A stretch of 64,000 bases of DNA, from NCBI GenBank assembly GCA_963662435.1, contig OY759598.1, positions 3,194,507-3,258,506 of the forward strand. Reading direction: 5' to 3'. Below, in pieces: positions 58,758 to 64,000 of this stretch (position 1 is the stretch's first letter; every line of letters begins with the position of its first letter). The notes below the pieces were generated by a model, which did no database searches, was not told the DNA's origin, and saw nothing but the letters and a program-made list of their open reading frames with translations. The position numbers and the translations under genes were made by a program. Source of the DNA: Dehalococcoidia bacterium (GTDB taxonomy: Bacteria > Chloroflexota > Dehalococcoidia > Lucifugimonadales > VXLM01).

Positions 58758-60008
58758 ATGCGGCGCACCGTCCATACCGGGGTCATCTGGCACGATTTCT
58801 GGATCGGGTTCTTCGCCGTTGTTATAGCCATCGGATTCTTCATGGGCCAGGGCGTTGTCATTGCGTTCGGGGCCATGGGTGTCGTCTCAGGCGCGGTGTC
58901 GCTGGCATGGAACCGCCTTTCGCTGGACGACGTGCAATACGAGCGACATCTGCGCCACCAGCGGGTCTTCCTGGGCGAGGAGATCGAAATCACCGTCGCT
59001 CTCATGAATCGCAAGCCGTTGCCGTTGCCGTGGGTCCGGGTATCCGACGAGATGCCCGACGAATTGCGCGTGGTCTCCGGTGACGTTCCCGGCAACGTGC
59101 GCCCCAGAGTTTCCGCCCTGCGACATCAGACCTCCCTGGCGTGGTATGAACGGATTCGCTGGCGATACCGTGTCAGGTGCGAGGAACGGGGCCTGTTCGC
59201 CATCGGCCCGGCGAGCATTCAGAGCGGCGACCCTTTCGGCTTCCTCCGAAGCCGAGTGAGCACCGAGTCAGTAAGTCACATCCTCGTATACCCCAAGGTG
59301 TACCCTCTTGAGGAACTGGGCATAACGGCGCACCGCCCCCTTGGCGACGTGAAAGGTAAGGTGCAGATATTCACCGACCCCTCGAGACCAATGGGCGTGC
59401 GTGATTACCGTCCGGGCGACCCGATGAAGACCATCGACTGGAAATCGACGGCACGTGCACATAGCCTGCAGGTGCGCAGATATGAACCAAGCACCAACTT
59501 CCTGGCTCTGCTCGTTGTTGCCGTGGACACGACTGCGCCGCATTGGGCCCCCTATGCGCGCGAAAACCTCGAACGGGTGGTGACGGCAGCCGCTTCGGTC
59601 GCCTCACACTGCGCGGAGCGTCAGCACTCAATTGGGCTGTTTTCGAATGACATGCCCGCCCGGACCGATCGCATGATGACTGTCTCCCCGGGCCACGGCC
59701 GAGAGCAGTTCTCGGAAGTCCTTGCAGCGCTTGCGGGAATCCGAGCCTACGCAATCCGGCCCATGCACGAGCACCTGGCGGAAAACTACCGACGGTTCCC
59801 CTACGGCTCGACGCTGGCGATCGTCACCTCGTTCATGCCTCCGGAATTCGTTCAGGTCATCGGCGACCTGGAACGTCACGGGCACAAAATGGTCATCGTG
59901 TACGTCGGTGAAGAGAAGTGCCCTCCGATTCCCGGGAATGTTGTGGTACACGAGATACGGGACCGTCTCGACCTGTTGGAGGCAGAGTATGCCGCTGCGG
60001 CAGGATAA
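58758..60008 (+). CDS. DUF58 domain protein (MoxR-associated)
   Basis: GDPFG, LVYP, GVRDYRPGDPMKTIDWKSTAR. Confidence 0.9.
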   Translation: MRRTVHTGVIWHDFWIGFFAVVIAIGFFMGQGVVIAFGAMGVVSGAVSLAWNRLSLDDVQYERHLRHQRVFLGEEIEITVALMNRKPLPLPWVRVSDEMPDELRVVSGDVPGNVRPRVSALRHQTSLAWYERIRWRYRVRCEERGLFAIGPASIQSGDPFGFLRSRVSTESVSHILVYPKVYPLEELGITAHRPLGDVKGKVQIFTDPSRPMGVRDYRPGDPMKTIDWKSTARAHSLQVRRYEPSTNFLALLVVAVDTTAPHWAPYARENLERVVTAAASVASHCAERQHSIGLFSNDMPARTDRMMTVSPGHGREQFSEVLAALAGIRAYAIRPMHEHLAENYRRFPYGSTLAIVTSFMPPEFVQVIGDLERHGHKMVIVYVGEEKCPPIPGNVVVHEIRDRLDLLEAEYAAAAG

Positions 60009-61434
60009 AATCGTACTCGCCGCTCATGTATTGGCCGAGAGCGCATGGGTCTTCGCGCTCGCCGGGTTCGTTGGCGCCCTGGCCAATTTTGAATCGAGCC
60101 CACTGTCGTGGTACGCCATAGCGGGCATCCTCGGACTTTCAGTATTGCTGAGCCGCTTGACCCCTCGGAAGGGTGAAAAGGTCGAGACTATCTTCGCTCT
60201 AATGGCTGGTTTGGGCCTTGTCGTGGTCTATGTATCCGTTGCGCTCCACGTCGATCCGGGACACATTCGGCCGGCGTGGCCTCTCGACTGGCTCATCAAC
60301 GATGCCCCCGGCGGCTACACCTCGCGAGGGGCATTCGGTGCGCTCCTCGGCGTGCTCCTCTGGTGGAGAGGGACCCGCGTCGCCTCCAACGAGTTCCCCA
60401 CCGACGACCTCTCATTCACCTTCCGCTTGGGGATGCCCATACTCGTCGTCGCATTGCTCTATGATCTGAACAACGACGCAGAGCTTTCCACATTCCCGAT
60501 GGTCTTCCTGTTCTTCGGCTCTTCCCTGATCGGGCTGGGCGCAGGCCACCTGCTTGAGCAGTCCCAACGTTCCTCCGATGAACGAACGTGGCCGAAGACC
60601 ATCGGCGCGACCGTCGCCGTCATCACCTTATTCGGATTTCTGGTTGCACTGATCAATCGCGGCGTCCTGTCCTTCCTATCCAAGCCTGCGACGGCGTCAT
60701 TGGATGCCCTGGCGCGCGGCATCATTTGGGGCATTGTCGCCCCCATAGCATTCGTGTTCGACGTAATCGTCGGATGGCTCATCGGTCTACTGGGCTTGTT
60801 CAGAGACGAGGGCGGGCAGCCCCAGGAGGCGGAGTTTACCCCCGAGGTTCAGGGGTTCATGGAGACGTTGCAGCAGGAGCAGGAGGCGGAGTCCGAGGCC
60901 TTTGCTCTGGTTCTTCAGATCATAGAGTTCGCGCTGGTGGCCTTAATTGTAGCCATCGTTATATTTTTTCTGGCAGGTGCGTTTCGCAGGCTCCGACGCG
61001 GACGAGAACGTCCTACTGATGGTCAACGCGACTCCTTGGCGCAAGACGCCTCCCCCGCGGCCGATGTCGCAAAATTAGCGCTTCGCCTCGTACCCGACGT
61101 GCTGAAGCGACCACAACGCAAGGGATACCGAGTCCCGGACGGCCCGCCGGGCATCGTCGAGGTGTTCCGCCTGTACTACGACATGCTCGACACCGCGGAG
61201 GAGCACGGCATCATCCGCCGCAAGCACGATACGCCAAAGGAGTTCCAGGACCGCCTGGAAGGAACGTTCCCGGCTGACGTGGTGGGCCCCTCGACTGAGT
61301 CCTTCAATCTCGCCATCTACGCAGACGTGCCCGCCGAACGCTCAGTGGTCCAACGCCTGCGGCAGGGTCTCAGGGATGCAACGATCACGATACGTAGGCA
61401 GCGTGACGCAGAAGAGCAAGAAGAGGATTGGTGA
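59989..61434 (+). CDS. DUF4129-domain membrane protein
   Basis: Multiple TM helices, then LY..ML...G..R..HDTPKEF...F..A.Y; start MPLRQ overlaps the DUF58 stop. Confidence 0.8.
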   Translation: MPLRQDKIVLAAHVLAESAWVFALAGFVGALANFESSPLSWYAIAGILGLSVLLSRLTPRKGEKVETIFALMAGLGLVVVYVSVALHVDPGHIRPAWPLDWLINDAPGGYTSRGAFGALLGVLLWWRGTRVASNEFPTDDLSFTFRLGMPILVVALLYDLNNDAELSTFPMVFLFFGSSLIGLGAGHLLEQSQRSSDERTWPKTIGATVAVITLFGFLVALINRGVLSFLSKPATASLDALARGIIWGIVAPIAFVFDVIVGWLIGLLGLFRDEGGQPQEAEFTPEVQGFMETLQQEQEAESEAFALVLQIIEFALVALIVAIVIFFLAGAFRRLRRGRERPTDGQRDSLAQDASPAADVAKLALRLVPDVLKRPQRKGYRVPDGPPGIVEVFRLYYDMLDTAEEHGIIRRKHDTPKEFQDRLEGTFPADVVGPSTESFNLAIYADVPAERSVVQRLRQGLRDATITIRRQRDAEEQEEDW

Positions 61435-61490
61435 CATCTCCCTAGTATGCAAGGTACAATCCCGCGCAACTGACGAGGTCCGGTGACGAC

Positions 61491-61880
61491 ATGAACAACG
61501 CATCCATCAGAGAGCAACTGGAACGGTGCATCGAGGACTTCCGCCGTGGTGAGCTCACCGAAGAAGGCTTGCAGGGCGTCCTCGACTCGATTGACCGGCG
61601 GCGCGGACGCCGCAGCCGCAAACGGCGGCAGGACCTGCTGTACCTTCAGACGCGCTCCACATCCATAGACTACCCTGTTCTCGGTATGAGAATTCTGGAA
61701 GATGGGAAGCTCTCGGACGGCCCCCGCGACCCGGAGGAGTGGCCGTACAAGACCGTGCTCGAGGCCGTCAACGACGGTTGGCGCATCATCAAGTTCCCCG
61801 AAATGGCCCTGCTGCTGGACGAGTCCCGCTCGTACGGCCTCGCCTGTGAGTTCATCCTCGAACGGTTGAGGGAGGTCTAA
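61491..61880 (+). CDS. Hypothetical protein
   Basis: GAGG RBS, GC3-rich codon usage, PY.TVLEAV.DGWRII.FP motif; operonic with the next gene. Confidence 0.75.
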   Translation: MNNASIREQLERCIEDFRRGELTEEGLQGVLDSIDRRRGRRSRKRRQDLLYLQTRSTSIDYPVLGMRILEDGKLSDGPRDPEEWPYKTVLEAVNDGWRIIKFPEMALLLDESRSYGLACEFILERLREV

Positions 61881-61884
61881 CCCC

Positions 61885-62724
61885 ATGTCACGCATCTACG
61901 ACTGCCCCCCAAGCCTCGACGAGTTCGGCGTCATCGACTTCTGCAAGAACGGCTACCTGCTGTTCCCCGGCGTCGTCCCGGAGGAGATCAACGAGCGGAC
62001 GATCGAGTTTATCGAAACGAACCCAGGCTCCGTCGACTACGAGCCGAGCCATATTCTCAATGAGGACTGGTTCGTCGAGAACGTCATCTGCCAGCCGGAT
62101 GCGGCGGGCGCGGTCCGTTGCCTGCTGGGGAGGGACTTCGGCCTGCCGATCCTGATGAGCAGTCACAAGGTCGAGTGCCCTCAGCCCGCGCAGGAGTGGC
62201 ACCGCGACGGCGGCTCCAAGTGGGGCCCGCAGGTCAACTACCTCCAGGTCTTCTACTACCCGCAGGACACCCCTGCCGACATGGGCCCGACGGAGCTGCT
62301 TCCCGGATCCCACCACCTGTTCTCCCAGTCCACGCTCATGGGACACTACGGCAGCATCGACGGCGCGAAGTACGCCGAGTGCCCGGCCGGTTCCATCGTC
62401 ATCACCGCCTACAACATCTGGCACCGGCGCGGTAAGTCGACCGGCAGCGGCGTCAGGCACAACCTCAAGTACAACTACTTTCGCACCACGCAGCCCGGCC
62501 CGGCGTGGAAGCACAACCCCGACTTCGACATCACCGACTTCGACTGGCGGATCACCGAGGCCCCGTCGTTCCGCCAGCAGTTCCGCGACTCCTTCGACGC
62601 CGCCGAGATGTTCCTCTGGCTCAGCGGCCGCCACGACAAGTTCAATGTCATCGGCGGCCAGGGCTGGCCCATGCCCGGCAACCGCCTCGAACGCCAATAC
62701 GGAATCCCCGAAGGCATCGAGTAG
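61885..62724 (+). CDS. Phytanoyl-CoA dioxygenase (PhyH) family Fe/2OG enzyme
   Basis: NGYL, WHRD, GPTELLPGSH, AGS, IWHR, R. Confidence 0.88.
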   Translation: MSRIYDCPPSLDEFGVIDFCKNGYLLFPGVVPEEINERTIEFIETNPGSVDYEPSHILNEDWFVENVICQPDAAGAVRCLLGRDFGLPILMSSHKVECPQPAQEWHRDGGSKWGPQVNYLQVFYYPQDTPADMGPTELLPGSHHLFSQSTLMGHYGSIDGAKYAECPAGSIVITAYNIWHRRGKSTGSGVRHNLKYNYFRTTQPGPAWKHNPDFDITDFDWRITEAPSFRQQFRDSFDAAEMFLWLSGRHDKFNVIGGQGWPMPGNRLERQYGIPEGIE

Positions 62725-62745
62725 GGGCGGACTGATAAGAATCTA

Positions 62746-62857
62746 AGAGGGTGTTTGGAGAGATTCGTTCACCCTGAGCCTGTCGAAGGGTCGAGGAGCC
62801 GTTCATGGTTCGACAAGCTCACCACGAACGGCTTTCGACGTCCTCTTGGACACCCAC
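62746..62857. mobile_element. Second MITE-like element carrying a REP-like doublet
   Basis: Ends GAGGGTGTTTGGAGAG and CTCTTGGACACCCAC are imperfect inverted repeats, with TAA on both sides. Contains CCCTGAGCCTGTCGAAGGG and TTCGACAAGCTCACCACGAAC. Confidence 0.6.
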
Positions 62858-62860
62858 TAA

Positions 62861-62982
62861 GAAACTATCTCAAAATTCACTTCCGCGAGTTTTCTCCACG
62901 CAAATACTCAACTGAAACACGTTCGCCCTGAGCCTGTCGAAGGGCAATTCTCTGCCAACGCATATAATTTTGAGATGATCTC
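62861..62982. mobile_element. 122-bp MITE, copy 3
   Basis: Matches copy 1; flanked by TAA on both sides. Confidence 0.92.
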
Positions 62983-62995
62983 TAAGGGGGCCTAT

Positions 62996-64000
62996 ATGCT
63001 GGCTCAATTGAACTTGCAGTTTGCTTCGACTCTGCAGGTTCGTCTCGCTCTACCTTCCCTCGCCCTCGCCGCCGTGCTCACCGCCTGCGGCGCCGACCCC
63101 ACACCGACGCCCCAGCCCCCGGCTCCAACACCCACTCCCACCTCTGTCACGCCGATACCTGCTACCGCTACGGCGACACCTGATCCCGTCTCCCAGCCCT
63201 GGCAAGCATTCCCCACAACCATAGACGGCTACACGCGCCTGGTAGAACAGGACGCCGCCGGTCTCGAGTCCATGATCGACGAGAACATTGCGACCTTGAA
63301 CGATGTTATCAGGCGAGACTCCTCTGCCTCCGACGCCTACCTGAAGCGTGGAGCCGCCCGCGTGATCTTGTACGCATACACAAGTGCGTTGCACTCCGAT
63401 GCGGAGCGCCTACTGCAAATGGCGGAAGAGGATCTCACAACGGCCATCCGCCTCGATCCGACTAACGCGAGCGCCTACATAGGTCGAGGAGAGGCTTACG
63501 ACCAGTGGAAGCAGAGAGACAAGGCTGTCCGAGAGTACCAGGTAGCGGTCGAGTTCCTCACCGTTTCAATCAATCGAGATTCTCAGGAGGCGGATGCGTT
63601 CGTAGAGCGGGCGTACGCCTATAGTGGCATGGATGAGTACGACAAGGTTCTGCAGGACCTGGATGCCGCAATTGAACTTGACCCCGGCAGTCCCGGTACA
63701 CTCATCAGTCGCGCATTGGCGCACTCGTGGATGGGCGACATAGTCTCCGCCATTCGGGACCTGGACACGGCGATACGCCTCGATCCTGACTTGGCTACCG
63801 CCTACAACGCCCGAGGGACCTATTACACTGAGTTGGGAGAGTTCACAAGGGCCCGGCAGGACTTTGACAAGGCGATAGGCCTCAATCCCAACTTCAGATG
63901 GGCGTACGGCAATCGTGGGAATCTTCACCATGTTATGGGCGACTACGACAGCGCAATTCAAGACTACAGCAGGGCAATCTCAATTCGTCCGTACAGCGTC
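62996..64000 (+). CDS. TPR-repeat lipoprotein (runs off the window end)
   Basis: LTAC lipobox, Pro/Thr linker and repeated AIRLDP..A.AY..RG units. The frame stays open to 64000, so it is absent from the ORF track. Confidence 0.88.
   Translation, partial: MLAQLNLQFASTLQVRLALPSLALAAVLTACGADPTPTPQPPAPTPTPTSVTPIPATATATPDPVSQPWQAFPTTIDGYTRLVEQDAAGLESMIDENIATLNDVIRRDSSASDAYLKRGAARVILYAYTSALHSDAERLLQMAEEDLTTAIRLDPTNASAYIGRGEAYDQWKQRDKAVREYQVAVEFLTVSINRDSQEADAFVERAYAYSGMDEYDKVLQDLDAAIELDPGSPGTLISRALAHSWMGDIVSAIRDLDTAIRLDPDLATAYNARGTYYTELGEFTRARQDFDKAIGLNPNFRWAYGNRGNLHHVMGDYDSAIQDYSRAISIRPYSV

Overview
GC-rich bacterial window, most consistent with a Chloroflexota (Dehalococcoidia/SAR202-like) genome, possibly a marine-sponge symbiont. 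This is inferred from gene content: Calx-beta, FN3, LRR and TPR surface proteins, CehA/McbA-type hydrolases, a PhyH dioxygenase and many TA modules. The first ~36 kb is an accessory region. It holds a giant Calx-beta surface protein running off the left edge, a 2327-aa GLUG/FN3/plant-type-LRR protein, an LRR/PD40 lipoprotein, a NarL/LuxR two-component pair, an atypical hybrid sensor, a cysH-cysD-cysN sulfate-assimilation operon and many spliced pseudogene scraps (VapC, DNA methylase, serine recombinase, HsdR). The right part is more core-like (penicillin acylase, MFS, 2-hydroxyacid dehydrogenase, two CehA/McbA paralogs, CoxG, peptide-binding protein, tRNA-Gln, DUF58/DUF4129, PhyH, TPR) and is interspersed with TA modules and MITEs. 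The best candidate for an undescribed system is an unannotated cysteine-sensing attenuator ahead of cysH: a near-consensus sigma70 promoter, an apparently leaderless short ORF with a C-L-C-C cluster, alternative pairings and an intrinsic terminator. Also notable: a repeated ~72-aa helical domain (HVNRWKRVLEAFG) that I do not recognise; two integrase-free insertions bracketed by a duplicated gene 3' end; a duplicated 54-bp box between the TCS and the LRR gene; and a 122-bp MITE family with TWA target duplications.
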